Below, in pieces: positions 11,935 through 27,664 of a stretch of DNA of 64,000 nucleotides; within the stretch, counting starts at the first letter, position 1, and each line of letters starts with the position of its first letter. The position numbers and the translations under genes are program-made. The stretch comes from Eledone cirrhosa (lineage: Eukaryota), in assembly GCA_964016885.1 (NCBI GenBank), contig OZ024744.1:11966001-12030000 (forward strand). Reading direction: 5' to 3'. Below the pieces are notes generated by a model. It was given only the letters and a program-made list of their open reading frames with translations. It was not told where the DNA came from and made no database searches.

Positions 11935-12835
11935 CTGTTTAATTTATGGTACAATAGTTTCATAAAACCTACAGTTTGACAAATGTGTCGGAACACGGAA
12001 GAACCGAACACCAATTGTCATCACCCCCACCTCTCTTGCCCTCCCCATTTCTCTGTATTATGAGCAAATGGGGTGCCACGTGCTGGCCGTCACACAGCCC
12101 CAGCGGACAGAATGGAGAAGGCGTTTCCCCAGATGATGGTAAGGGAGATGCGCTGGAAGAGTCATTCCATCTCGCAAAGCTCACACCTGCGGTTGGCTAG
12201 CTCAGTGTCTGTGGTGGTCAGTAGGGAGGTAGCCCTAGGGCCAAGGACACCAAACGTCTCCACTGCTAGGGACTCGACTGCAAACCTGTCGGAGAGCTAC
12301 CGGTACTTGGAGAGTTTGCCCTGCTCAGCCCAAAGTGCAGCAGAACCTGGGTTACTCGCAGACTGCACCAGGTTGCGGCTGGAGAAAGTGTCGCTGCAAG
12401 TGGCATCCCAGACGAGGAGTTTGCCACCGCGGAACGGGAAGATGGTCATGCCATCTGGCCTTTTGCCGTCTCCTTGGTCCAGCCCCACCGACTTAAGCTG
12501 AGAGGGGAAGCCTGCATCATCCAAGCCATGATTAATGACTTCGTTGAGGGCAGCATGGCGTGGAAGGCGGCCGACACTGTGGCGACAGAAAAGTGGGTGA
12601 AGGCCGAAAGAGTCCACGGTGGATCTACAGCGACATTTATGTGGCTCGCAGATCCGGAGTCCAAGCCTCTAGTAAACCCTGATGCGCAGGCTATTGTTAT
12701 CCAGCTGCGTGCCCGTGGAGAAGGAGGGCAAGGCATGGAGCCAGGCACCAATGTGGGGTTTGGAGGCAGCACTAAAACAGGCAAGGCGGTGCTGGTCGAG
12801 CTGGTGCGTGAGCCTGTCTGAGGCCAGACTTGACC
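11935..12835 (-). mobile_element. CRE-like non-LTR retrotransposon 3' fragment (RLE domain)
   Basis: GAWLHALP, CRCGS..H..C, RHAALNEVI, DGKRPDGMTIFPFRGGKLLVWDATCSDT and AVETFGVLGP form a CRE-type C-terminus. Confidence 0.8.
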
Positions 12836-12857
12836 AATAAACACCCCACTTATCAAC

Positions 12858-12877
12858 TTCACTACTACTACTACTAT

Positions 12878-12918
<41 letters not shown>
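12858..12918. repeat. (CTA)n microsatellite
   Basis: Directly visible. Confidence 0.95.
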
Positions 12919-12919
<1 letters not shown>

Positions 12920-13184
12920 AAATGAACAATTTCAACAGGCTACAACCAAATAATTTGTACCGCTAAAATTTGAGCTCAGTTAAGGTAGGTTGTACATTGT
13001 TGTGGTGTTGTTGTTGGGCCCCCGTCGGTTCTGACGATGAGTGTACCAGTTATTGGAACAACGGATCAACCTGCTTCCATATCCATGGTACGTGTTGCCA
13101 TAACTTAATTCTCAGGAAGATTCAGCATGAGATGAATATGTAGAAACATTTGTCTTTTCAATGACATAAAACATGCTAAATGAA

Positions 13185-13480
13185 ATATTCTCCGGATCTA
13201 GTCTGATCGCCATGACCACCGCCGCCTCTAACGTTGATGAGCGGAAGATAAAAAACAACAAAAACACCGCTATTTGACCGACCTCTTTCTTTTTGTACTA
13301 GTTGCCATCAAGACATCCGGTGTCCTCTCTTCCTTCATCGTTGTTTCATCCTCAGGAAGGAGTGTTTCTCGTTTGAAGATGTGAGCCGGATGGTTGATGT
13401 AGCAAGTGTTAATTGCTATTTTCCGCGGAAATACTTTTCGCCATCTTGTCCATGAGGAACAGCTGAGATGTACCGTCCAG
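13185..13480 (+). mobile_element. Highly decayed CRE-like 3' fragment
   Basis: Manual translation gives VAIKTSGVL..GWLM*QVLIAIFRGN, matching the ETSGVLGP..WL.QRISLAI.RGN tail of the other CRE copies. Confidence 0.5.
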
Positions 13481-13599
13481 CTAAGGGTGAGGAGTTTACC
13501 CCTTCCCTTAAAAGTCCTCCGCATTTATTTCCTCTTCAAATAAATAACGTTTTCTGATTTAGACACGTTCAACAATTTTAAAGGAAATCAACCTCAATA

Positions 13600-13825
13600 C
13601 GTTACTGGTATTTTATTTTATCGACCCCGTAAAGATGAACGGCAAAGTTAATCAAGGCAGAATTTGAACTCAGAATGTAAAGGGATAGACTGCTACTTTC
13701 TTTTTATCGACCTTGAATGGATTAAAAGCAAAATTGACCTCGGAATTCCGAGAGGAGAGAGTCGAAACGAATACTACAGAACATTCTATCTGGTATCCTA
13801 ACGACTCCGCCAATTTGCCGCCTTG
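13600..13825 (-). mobile_element. Two adjacent decayed SINE fragments
   Basis: The core TTTATCGACCCCGTAAAGATGAA..ATTTGAACTCAGAA is repeated and is the reverse complement of 56263-56460. Confidence 0.6.
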
Positions 13826-14399
13826 TCTATGACTTACAATACATATATATAAACTGTTTCAATGTATATATTACATCTCACTCATCTGCAGTCACAAGTG
13901 AGTTAATATCGAATATGAACGTATTTATTATACAAGTCAGATTTATAAAACAATATCGTGCAGAAATATACAAAACTATACCACTTAAAGTTCAATAACA
14001 GTCTAGACCTGTGATTCGGGGACAATATCACACCTTGGGTGTTGATTTTTACATTTGTTATAGTGGTGGTGGGGTCTCGGATTGTAAAAAAATAGCAATT
14101 GATGCATGAAGACGTGATGTTGAGCATAAAAGCTTGTATATTTAAAGTAATATTTAAAAAATATAGTGACATTTTATAAGGTCTAAGGGAAATAACTCTT
14201 ATATCTCAAATCCCATTTTATTTCCCTTGTGTTATTCAAATTATGTTGAACTGTTTTGTCATGTTTCATGATAAGGAAGTCCGTATGTAAAATGTTAACA
14301 TATTGTAGATGTGTGATAGTAAGGTGTGATTTCTGACAGATTTAGCTGTTATTTCTAGATGGTTGGGATGATGATGATAATAACAATTATAGTTATTTC

Positions 14400-14930
14400 T
14401 ACAGCATGGCTTGGATTGATTACCAAAAGGTGTTTCACAGTGTTCCCCATACATGGATACTCAACACACTAGCCATGAATAAAATATCAGCAAAAATAAC
14501 AACATTTATCAAACATGCCATGAGTAAATGGCAAACAATTCTGCTGATACAAACAAAAGATAAAACAATAAAAACAGAGCCTATCCCAATCAACAGAGGC
14601 ATATTCCAAGGTGACTCCCTATCACCACTGCTTTTCATGCCTAGCATTAACACCACTATCTGAAACACTAAACAGAACTGGGCTAGGGTATAAATGATCT
14701 AAAGATGTATGTTACAAATGGAAAACAACTCCAAACACTGCTACAAACTGTACACGGATTCACAAAAGAAATAGTCATGAAATTTGGACTAGAAAAATGT
14801 GCCAAGGCAACTCTGAAGAGAGGGAAACTAGTGAAAAGCACTAATATTATGTTAGATAAAGAAACAGAAATAAGAGAACTAGATCAAACTCAGACATACA
14901 CATAATTAGGAATCAACAAAGTAGATAGGT
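14400..14930 (+). mobile_element. R4/Dong-like RT fragment (third family), decayed
   Basis: WIDYQKVFHSVPHTW, INRGIFQGDSLSPLLF, MKFGLEKCAK. Confidence 0.75.
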
Positions 14931-15324
14931 TTTACTACACCCTATAGTACATTTCCTGTGGCATTTGAACTTTTCACACCCAAAGAATCAGTAATATTCA
15001 AAACAATCTCATTTTCTTAATTCCATTCCTCCCTACCCACTCTACCCTACTCTTAATCTCTACCTTCTCCTTTTCTGTCCTTCTCTTTAAACCTTCTCTA
15101 CCCTCTCGACCATATATAGTAAACATCAAAACGTTCACCCATATCAATGGTCAAAGAATAATTGTTCCACATCACAACGCACAGATTGAAAGTCTTTACT
15201 CCAAAACCTCTCTACTATCACACTAACTGACTATTCTATTTTTAAGTTTTTTTCTTAAACGAAAATTCCATTGCTGAACTCTACCACATAATGAATAGTT
15301 GACTTCCACTACTATAGGGTTTCC

Positions 15325-18300
15325 AACACTACCACCACCATCAACACCATTACCACCACCACCATCAACACCATTACCATCACCATCAACAACACCATTA
15401 CCACCACCATCAACAACACCACTACCACCATCAGCACCACAACCACCATCAACAACAACACTACCACCATCAACAACAACAATACCACCACCATCAACAA
15501 CACCACTACAACCATCAATAACAACACTACCACCACCATCATCAACACCACTACCACCACCATCAAAACCAGTACCACAACCACTGACACCATCACAACC
15601 GCCACCAACAACACCAACACTACCACCACCACCATCAACACAACTACCACCATCATCAACAACACCACTAGCAGCACCACCATCAACACAACTACCATCA
15701 TCATCAACAACACCACTACCACCACTACCAACAACACCAAAACCACCACCACCAACACCACTATTACCACCATCATCAACATAGCTACGAACAACATCGA
15801 CACAACTACCAACACTATCAACTCCATTACCACCACCATCAACAACACCTCCACCACCATCAACACCACTACCACCACCACCATCAACACCACTACCACC
15901 ACCATCAACAACATCACTACAACCAACATCAACAACACTACCACCACCATCAACAACACCACTACCAACAACACCAAAACTACCACCACCAACACTACTA
16001 CCACCAACATCATCACAACTACCACCACCATCGACACAACTACCAACACCATCAACTCCATTAACACCACCATCAACAACACCACTATCACCACCACCAC
16101 CATCAACAACACCACCACCAACATCAACACAACTACCACCACCATCAACAACAACACCACCACCACCATCAACACCATTACCACCACCATCAACAACACC
16201 ACTACCACCACCACCATAAACACCACTCCCACCACCACCATCAACAACACCACTACCACCACCATCAACAACACTACCACCACCATCAACAACACCACTA
16301 CCACCTCCATCAACAACACCACCACCACCATCAGCTCCACTACCACCACCACCACCACTACCACCACTACCACCACCATCAACAGCACTACCACCACCAC
16401 CATCAACACTACCACAACCACTACCATAAACAACACCACTACCACCACCATCAACAACACTACCACCACCATCAACACCACTACCACCACTGACAAAACC
16501 ACTACCACCACCACTACCACCACCACCACTACATCCACCATCAACAACACTACCACCAACATCAACAACACCAATACCACTGCCAACCACACCACTACCA
16601 CCACCATCAACCACACCACTACCACCACACACCAACACCACCACTACCACCACCACCATCAACACCAGCACCACTACCACCAACAACACCACTACCACCA
16701 CCATCAACACCACTATCACCACCATCAACAACAGCACCACAACAACCACCATCAACACCACTACCAGCTACATCAACACCACCACTACCACTGCCACCAT
16801 CAACACCACTACCACCACCATCAACAACACCACTACCACCACCATCAACACCACTACCACCAACACCACTACCACCACCATCAACAACTCCACAACCACC
16901 ACAATCAACACCACTACCACCATCAACAACACCACTAACACCACCATCAACATAACCACTACCACCACCAGTATCAACACCACTACCACCACCATCAACA
17001 AAACCACAACCACCACAATCAACACCACTACCACCACCATCAACAACACCACTACCACCACCATCAACACCACTACCACCAACACCACTACCACCACCAT
17101 CAACAACTCCACAACCACCACAATCAACACCACTACCACCATCAACAACACCACTAACACCACCATCAACATAACCACTACCACCACCACTATCAACACC
17201 ACTACCACCACACACCAACACCACCACTACCACCACCACCATCAACACCAGCACCACTACCACCAACAACACCACTACCACCACCATCAACACCACTACC
17301 ACCACCATCAACAACAGCACCACAACAACCACCATCAACACCACTACCAGCTACATCAACACCACCACTACCACTGCCACCATCAACACCACTACCACCA
17401 CCATCAACAACACCACTACCACCACCATCAACACCACTACCACCAACACCACTACCACCACCATCAACAACTCCACAACCACCACAATCAACACCACTAC
17501 CACCATCAACAACACCACTAACACCACCATCAACATAACCACTACCACCACCAGTATCAACACCACTACCACCACCATCAACAAAACCACAACCACCACA
17601 ATCAACACCACTACCACCACCATCAACAACACCACTACCACCACCATCAACACCACTACCACCAACACCACTACCACCACCATCAACAACTCCACAACCA
17701 CCACAATCAACACCACTACCACCATCAACAACACCACTAACACCACCATCAACATAACCACTACCACCACCACTATCAACACCACTACCACCACCATCAA
17801 CAAAACCACAACCACCACAATCAACACCACTACCACCACCATCAACAACACCACTACCACCACCAGCAACATAACCACTACCACCACCAACAACACCACT
17901 ACCACCACCATCAACAACAACACTACCACCACCATCAGTAACACTACAACCACAATCAACAACACCACTACCACCATCACCACAATCAACGCCACTACCA
18001 CCACCATCAACACCACCACAACCAACAACACCACTACCACCACCATCAACAACAACACTACCACCACCATCAATAACACTACCACCACCAACAACACCAC
18101 TACCACCACCATCAACAATGCTACCACCACAATCAACAACACCACTACCACCACCAACAACACCACTACCACTGCCACCATAAACACCACTACCACCACC
18201 ACCATAAACACCACTCCCACCACCACCATCAACACCACTACCACCACCATCAACACCACTACCACCACCATCAACAACACCACTACCACCACCACCAACA

Positions 18301-21300
18301 ACACCACTACCACCACCAACAACACCACCACCACCATCAACACCACTACCACCACCACCATCACCAATACCACCATCAACAACACCACTACCAACACCAT
18401 CAACACCACTACCACCACCACCACCACCACCATCAACAACACCACTACCACCACCATCAACATCACCACTACCACCAACATCAACACCACTACCACCACC
18501 ACCAACAACACCACAACCACCATCAACACCACTACCACCAACATCAACACCAATACCACCACCATCAACACCACAACCACCACCATCAACACCACAACCA
18601 CCAACACCAACACCACCACTACCACCACCAACAACTCCACTACCACTACCATCAACAACACCACTACCACCACCATCAACACCACCACTACCACCACCAT
18701 CAAAAAAACCACTACCACCATCAGCAACAGCACTACCACCACCATCAACACCACCACCACCATCAGCACCACTAACACCACCACCATCAACACCACTACC
18801 AGCATCAACAACACCACTACCACTACTATCAACACCACTACCACCACCATCAACAACACTACTACCACCATCAACAACACCAGAACCACCACCATCAACA
18901 CCACTACCACCACCACCAGCAACAACACCACTACCACAACCATCTACAACACTACCACCAGCATCAACAACAACACCACCACCACCACCATCAACAACAC
19001 CACTACCACCACCATCAACACCACTACCACCACCATCAACAACACTACCACCAACACCAACACCACCACTATCAACACCACTACTACTACCATCAACAAT
19101 ACCACTACCATCAACATCAACACCACTACCACCATCAACAACACCACTACCACCACCATGATCAACACCACTACCACCACCATCAACAACACTACCACCA
19201 ACACCAACAACACCACTACCACCACCATCAACACCACTACCACCACCATCAACAACACTACCACCACCATCAACAACACTACCACCAACACCAACACCAC
19301 CACTATCAACACCACTACTACTACCATCAACAATACCACTACCATCAACATCAACACCACTACCACCATCAACAACACCACTACCACCACCATGATCAAC
19401 ACCACTACCACCACCATCAACAACACTACCACCACCATCAACAACACCACTACCACCACCATCAACACCAGCACCACCACAATCAACACCACTACCACCA
19501 CCATCAACAACACCACTACCACCACCATCAACACCACTACCACCACCATGATCAACACCACTAGCACCATCAACAACACCACCACCACCATCAACAACAT
19601 CACTACCACCACCACCAACACCACTACCACCACCATCAACAACACCACCACCACCATCCACACCACTACAACCACCATCAACAACACCACCACCACCATC
19701 AACAACACCACTACCACCACCATCAACACCACTACCACCAACATCAACATCACTACCACCAACACCAACACCACCACTATCACCACGATCAACACCACTA
19801 CTACGACCATCAACAACACCACTACCACCACCATCAACACCACTACCACCACCATCAACACCACTACCACCACCGACAACACCACTACCACAACCATCAA
19901 CAACACTACCACCACCATCAACAACACCAGGAACACCACCATCAACACCACCACCACCATCAGCACCACTAACACCACCACCATCAACACCACTACCACC
20001 ACCATCAACACGACTACCACCACCATCAACACCACTACCACCACCATCAACACGACTACCACCACCATCAACAACACTACCACCACCATCAACAACACCA
20101 GAACCACAACCATCAACACCACTACCACCACCAACAACACCACTACCACAACCATCAACAACACTACCACCAGCATCAACAACAACACCACCACCACCAC
20201 CATCAACAACACCACTACCACCACCATTAACAACACCACTACCACCAACACCATCAACAACACCACTACCACCACCATCAACACCAGTACCACCACCATC
20301 AACATCACTACCACCAACACAAACACCAGCACTATCACCACCATCAACACCACTACTACGACCATCAACAACACCACTACCACCATCATCAACACCACCA
20401 CTATCACCACCATCAACACCACTACCGCCAACATCAACACCACTACCGCCAACATCAACACCACTACCACCACCATCAACAACACTACTACCACCATGAT
20501 CAACACCACTACCACCATCTACAACACCACTACCAGCACCACCAACACCACTACCACCACCAGCAACAACACCACTACCACCACCATCAACAACACCACT
20601 ACCACCACCATCAACAACACCACCACCACCATCATCAACACCACTACCACCACCATCAACAACACCACCACCACCATCAACAACACCACTACCACCAACA
20701 TCAACACCACTACCACCACAACCAACACCACTACCACCACCACCATCAACACCACTACCACTACCATCAACAACACTACCACCACCACTATCAACAACAC
20801 TACCACTACCATCAACACCACTATCACCACCATCAACACCACTAACACCACCAACAACACCACTACCACCACCATCAACACCACTACCACCACCATCAAC
20901 ACCACCACTACCACCAACATCAACACCACTACCACAACCGTCAACACCACTACCACCACCATCAAAAACCACTAACACCACCACCAACAATAACACTACC
21001 ACCACCATCAACAACACCCCTACCACCACCATCAAAAACCACTACCACCACCAACAACAACAACACTACCACTACCATCATTACCACCACCAACAACAAC
21101 AACAACACTACCACTCAACATTGACAACACCACTATTACCACCAACAACAAAACTACCACCACTCAACAACACCACTACCACCACCATCAACACTACAAC
21201 CACCAACACCAACACCACCAATACCACCACCAACAACTCCACTACCACCACCATCAACAACACCACTACCACCACCATCAACACCACCACTACCACCATC

Positions 21301-24300
21301 ATCAAAAAAACCACTACCACCATCAACAACAGCACTACCACCACCATCAACACCACCACCATCAGCACCACTAACACCACCACCATCAGCACCACTAACA
21401 CCACCACCATCAACTCCTCTACCACCACCACCAACAACACTACCACCACCATCAACAACACCACTACCACCACCATCAACACCAGAACCACCATCATCAA
21501 CAACACTACCACCACCATCAACAACACCAGAACCACAACCATCAACAACACTACCACCAGCATCAACAACAACACCACCACCACCACCACCTTCATCAAC
21601 ACTACCACCAGCATCAACAACAACACCACCACCATCACCATCAACAACACCACTACCACCACCATTAACAACACCACTACCACCACCATCAACACCACTA
21701 CCACCACCATCAACATCACTACCATCAACACCAACACCACCACTATCACCACCATCAACACCACTACTACGACCATCAACAACACCACTACCACCACCAT
21801 CAACACCACCACTATCACCACCATCAACACCACAACTACCACCATCAACAACAGCACTACCACCACCAGCAGCAACACCACTACCACCACCATCAACAAC
21901 ACCACCACCACCATCAACATCACTACCACCACAACCAACACCACTACCACCACCATCAACAACACCACTACCACCAACATCAACACCACTACCACCACCA
22001 CTATCGACACCACTACCACTACCATCAACACCACTACCACCACCATCAACACCACTACCACCACCATCAACACCACCACTACTAACACAATCAACACCAC
22101 TACCACCACCATCAACACCACAGCCACCGCCGGCAACACCACTAACACCACCATAAACACCACCACCACCATCAACAACACCACTACCACCATCAACAAC
22201 ACCACTACCACCACCACCATCAACACCACTACCACCACCATGAACACCACTACCACCACCACTACCACCACCATCAACAACACCATCAACACCACTACCA
22301 CCACCACCACTACCATCAACACCACTACCACCATCAACAACACCATTACCACCAACACCAACACCAACACTACCACCAACATCAACAACACCACTACCAC
22401 CACCAACAACACCACTACCAACAACACCAACACCACCAATACCACCACCATCGACAACACCACTACCACCAACGTCAACACAACTACCACCACCATCAAG
22501 ACCACTACCACCAACACCAACACCACCACTACCAACACCATCAACAACACCACTACCACCAGCAACAACACCACTACCACGACCAACAACACCACTACCA
22601 TCAACAATACCACCACTACCACCATCAACACTTCTACCACCACCATTAAAACCACTACCACCACCATCAACAACACCACTACCACCACCAGCAACAACAC
22701 CACTTCCACCACCAATAACAACACCCCTACCACCACCACCATCAACAACACCACTACCACCACCATCAACACCACTACCACCACCAACAACACCACTACC
22801 ACCACCATCAACAACACCACTACCACCACCATCAACACCACTACCACCATCATCAACAACACCACCATCAACACCACTACCACCACCATCAACACCACTA
22901 CCACCACCAACAACACCACTACCACCACCACCAACAACACCACTACCACCACCATCAAAACCACCACCACCACCATCAACAACACAACTACCACCAGCAT
23001 CAACAACACTACCACCACCACCATCAACACCACTACCAACACCATCAACAACACCTCTACCACCACCAACAACACCACTACCACCACCATCAACAACACC
23101 ACTACCACCACCATCAACGCCACTACCACCACCATCAACACCACTACCACCATCATCAACAACACCACTACCACCACCATCAACACCACCACCACCACCA
23201 TCAACACCACCACCACCATCAACACCACTACCACCACCATCAACACCACCACTACCACCATCATCAACACCACTACCACCACCAACAACACCACTACCAC
23301 CACCATCAGCAACACCACTACCACCACCATCAACACCACCACCACCACCATCAACACCACTACCACCACCATCAACAACACCACTACCACCACCATCAAC
23401 ACCACTACCACCACCACCAACACCACTACCACCATCAACAACACCACTACCACCACCATCAACACCACTACCACCATCATCAACAACACCACTACCACCA
23501 CCATCAACACCACCACCACCACCATCAACACCACCACCACCACCATCAACACCACTACCACCACCATCAACACCACCACTACCACCATCATCAACACCAC
23601 TACCACCACCAACAACACCACTACCACCACCATCAACAACACCACTACCACCACCATCAACACCACCACCACCACCATCAACACCACTACCACCACCATC
23701 AACAACACCACTACCACCACCATCAACACCACTACCACCACCATCAACACCACCACTACCACCATCATCAACACCACTACCACCACCAACAACACTACTA
23801 CCACCACCATCAACACCACCACTACCACCATCATCAACACCACTACCACCACCATCAACACCACTACCACCACCATCAACAGCACTACCACCACCATCAA
23901 CACCACCACTACCACCATCATCAACACCACTACCACCGCCAACAACACCACTACCACCACCATCAACACCACCACTACCACCATCATCAACACCACTACC
24001 ACCACCATCACCACCACTACCACCACCAACAACACCACTACAACCACCATCAACAACACCACTACCACCACCATCAACACCACTACCACCACCATCAACA
24101 CCACTACTACCACCATCAACAACACAACTACCACCAGCATCAACAACACTACCACCACCACCAACAACACAACTTACACCACCACCAACAACACTACCAC
24201 CATCACCATCAACACCACCATCAACACCACTACCACCATCACCATAAACAACACCACTACCACCACCAACATCAACAACACTACCACCACCATCAACACC

Positions 24301-25210
24301 ACTACCACCACCATCAACACCACTACCACCACCACCATCAACAACACCACTACCACCATCAACACCACCACTACTACCACCACCATCAACACCACCACTA
24401 CCACCACCACCATTAACAACACCACTACCACCACCACCATCAACAACACCACTACCACCAGAATCAACACCACCACCACCACCAACAACACAACTACCAC
24501 CAACACCACCACTACCACCACCACCATCAACAACACCACTACCACCATCAACACCACCACTACCACCACCACCATCAACAACACCACTACCACCACCACC
24601 ATCAACAACACCACTACCACCAGAATCAACACCACCACCACCACCAACAACACAACTACCACCACCGACACCACCACTACCACCACTATAAACACCACTA
24701 CCACCACCATCAACAACACTGCCACCACCATCAACAACACCACTACCACCACCGACACCACCACTACCACCACCAACACCACTACCACCACCATCAACAT
24801 CACCACTACCACCATCATCAACACTACCACCACCATCAGCAACACCACTACCACCACCGACACCACCACTACCACCATCAACACCACTACCACCACCATC
24901 AACAACACCACTACCACCACCATCAACAACACCATACTACCACTACCACCTCCATCAACACCACTACCTCCACCACCATCAACAACACCAACACCACCAT
25001 CAACAACAACACAACTACCACCACATCTACACCACTACCAGCACCACCCTCAATAACACCACCGCCACCACCATCAACAACACCACTACCACCACCACCA
25101 TCAACACCACTACCACCACCACCATCAACACCACTACCTCCACCATCAACAACACCACTACCACCACCATCTACACCACCACTACCACCACCATCAACAT
25201 CAACACCACC
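15325..25210. repeat. ~9.9 kb low-complexity trinucleotide array (ACC/AAC/ATC/ACT), almost G-free on +
   Basis: Recurrent motif ACCACCACCATCAAC(AAC)ACCACT with internal block duplications. Confidence 0.95.
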
Positions 25211-25336
25211 CTGGAAATACTCTACGCCAAAGACCACATCTTAAACAAAAAATCTGAATCAATTTCGGCTTGTAAACATAAATTGCAAACTTTCCTGTAT
25301 TACACCCCTACATTATACTCGACATGTGTATGTATG

Positions 25337-26722
25337 TTCTTCTGGTTTTATAATTTCACAAAGTGTTACCAATAGAGAGAGAGTCGGTTTCTAACATAGA
25401 CACAAGACTCTCTCATTGGAATTTACACAACATCAACTAGGTAGATATGTATGTATGCATGCATGTGTAGATATGGATGTTATTGTATGTGTGCATGTGG
25501 ATGTTTTGAGTTGTATGTGTGCATGTGTATATGCTTTGTATCTGTACATGTGTATATGCAGTTATTAGATGCAACATTTTTGGAATGTTTTACATATTTT
25601 TACTCTTCCATTTATGGATTGTACTTGTAATTTTCTAACTAGTTGTGTTCTTTCTGTTCCTGTGAAGCCTAGCTTCTCAAGATTTGTATTGTGGCAGTTA
25701 CTAACATACCCCAGTGCCCCAATAATCACAGGCATAAATCTGAAGTTGTAATCAGGGTGGAGTATCTGCAGATTTCTCATCAGTTCTGCATAAATATTCT
25801 CCTTTTCACTAATCTTTAATATTATATTGGCATCTGCTGGGCAGCTAATTTCCACTACTGTGCATGTTTTCTTCTCCCTGTCCCATATCATAATGTCTGG
25901 TCTGTTATGCCTGCATTTTATTGGGGTTTTTACTGGAACATTCCACCAGTACTCTTTCATATTATGTACATGGATGTCTTCCACATTGTTGTAGCTTTTA
26001 ATGTGTTTATTATCGGGGCTATCTTTTTTACGAACTGCATTGTACAGTGTTTTGGCCACTACATCATGCCTCATAGGTAGATAGTACCGCGATGACATCT
26101 TTGGACAGCTGCTGATGACATGGGTGATATCCTCGATGTTAGTTCTGCAGAGTCTGCACTTGTTATCACATGTAGGTGTTTTGCCTGCATCCCTATCTCT
26201 TTTATGAATCAGGTATTTCGTGCTAATCTCCTGTTCCTGGATTGCAAAAGCGTATCCTTCAAAGTGGGAGCCAATATAGCGGTTGTTGGTCCAAGATAGA
26301 CTACTTTCCTTATCTATATTACTCTCACTCTGGAGCTTCCTGGCTACATATCCATGCATGTTTTTTTAAGCATGCAGTTTTTCATCCATGGATTCACTGC
26401 TATACTGCTGAGCGACATCCCTGGGTGAGAGTTTTAGATTATCACACAGGGAATATCTCTCGAGGAGTTCCTTCCCAACTCTCATGATCTTATCTGTTTC
26501 ATGCAGATAGACTTGCTCGAGAAACGGGCTCCTACGCTTCGAATTTCGTAGATGTTGTCGGAGAGATATGATGCGACATTCAAATGTTGTCTGGACTGAT
26601 GTTAGGCCTCTGTCTCCCTGCTAACGTTTCAAGTAGAGGCGGTCTATGTCACTGTTGATGTGGAAGTTTCCGGTGTTGTTCAGTATTTTTCGAGTTCCAA
26701 CATCAACTGCTCGGATTTCGTC
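25337..26722 (-). mobile_element. R4/Dong-like retrotransposon, copy 3 of the first family, 5'-truncated
   Basis: ORF 25565-26359 (CCHC, RHD, RPD..VEISCP) is nearly identical to 1637-2620. It has the same 3' UTR and is flanked by TATG repeats on both sides. Confidence 0.9.
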
Positions 26723-26876
26723 TATGTATGTATGTATGTATGTATGTATGTATGTATGTATGTATGTATGTATGTATGTATGTATGTATGTATGTATGTA
26801 TGTTTATATGCAGATGTATGTATGTATGTATGTTTATATGCAGATGTATGTATGTATGTATGTTTATATGCAGATG
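26723..26876. repeat. (TATG)n microsatellite with a 30-bp-period triplicated RTE junction
   Basis: TTTATATGCAGATG occurs at 26803, 26833 and 26863, separated by TATG units. Confidence 0.9.
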
Positions 26877-27664
26877 ATTGTGATCTCTTTGCACACTCCC
26901 AGAGTGACATGCAAGACCTTATGGATTCTTTTTCCAATGCGTGCAGTGCTTTGGGACTGACAATCAGTCTGAAGAAGACTGTCGTCCTGTACCAATCTAC
27001 TCCATATACATACACGGTCAAAAGCTGAAGGCTGCTGACACATTTGTGTATTTGGGGAGTGTGGCCTGCTCTCTGGATGCAGAACTTGGTCTACGTGTTA
27101 GTAAGGCAAGTGAGTCATTTAGAGGGTCAACGACCGTCTTTGGTGCAGGAGAGGAATCACAATGAGGACGAAGGTGAGAGTGTATGCTGCATGTGTACTG
27201 TCAGCTTTGCTGTATGCGTGTGAGACATGGGTTGCTTACAAACGGAATATCCACAGACTGGAACGGTTTCACCAGCAGTGTCTCAGAAAGATGCTCGGTA
27301 TCAAGTGGCAGATGCATGTGAGTGATGTTGAGGGCTTTGAGAGAAGTGAGTGTCTGAGCATTGAGAATATCATCCTCCAACAGTGTTTGCGATGGACCGG
27401 ACACTTCTGCAGAATGGACGATGATGGAATCCCAAAACAACTCTTGTATGGCGAGTTTGTGAGGGTAAGAGACCACCTCACGAGCCAAGGCTCCGATTCA
27501 AGGATTGTATAAAGGACTCATTGAAAAAAACTGGTTTGATGATGGCTGATTGGGAGATAGAAGCTCTTGAAAGAGAAAATTTGCATGGAATGGTGAATGA
27601 TGGGGTTCATAATTTTTAGGACAGACACATAGAGTACGAGAAGATCAAACGGGATGTGCGTAAG
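26863..27664 (+). mobile_element. RTE-clade LINE fragment related to 1-1064, decayed
   Basis: LYADDCDL..GLTISLKKT, FVYLGS, LLYACETW, LRWTGH..IPKQLLYGE. It breaks off at EKIKRDVRK, where the satellite begins. Confidence 0.85.

Noticed and set aside
15223-25237. Very long Gly/Val/Asp-, Val/Met- and Thr/Asn-rich ORFs (up to 1311 aa), resembling mucin or glycine-rich structural proteins
   Set aside because: Several frames on both strands are open because the ACC/AAC repeat lacks stops. There is no unique domain or signal peptide, and frames switch arbitrarily.
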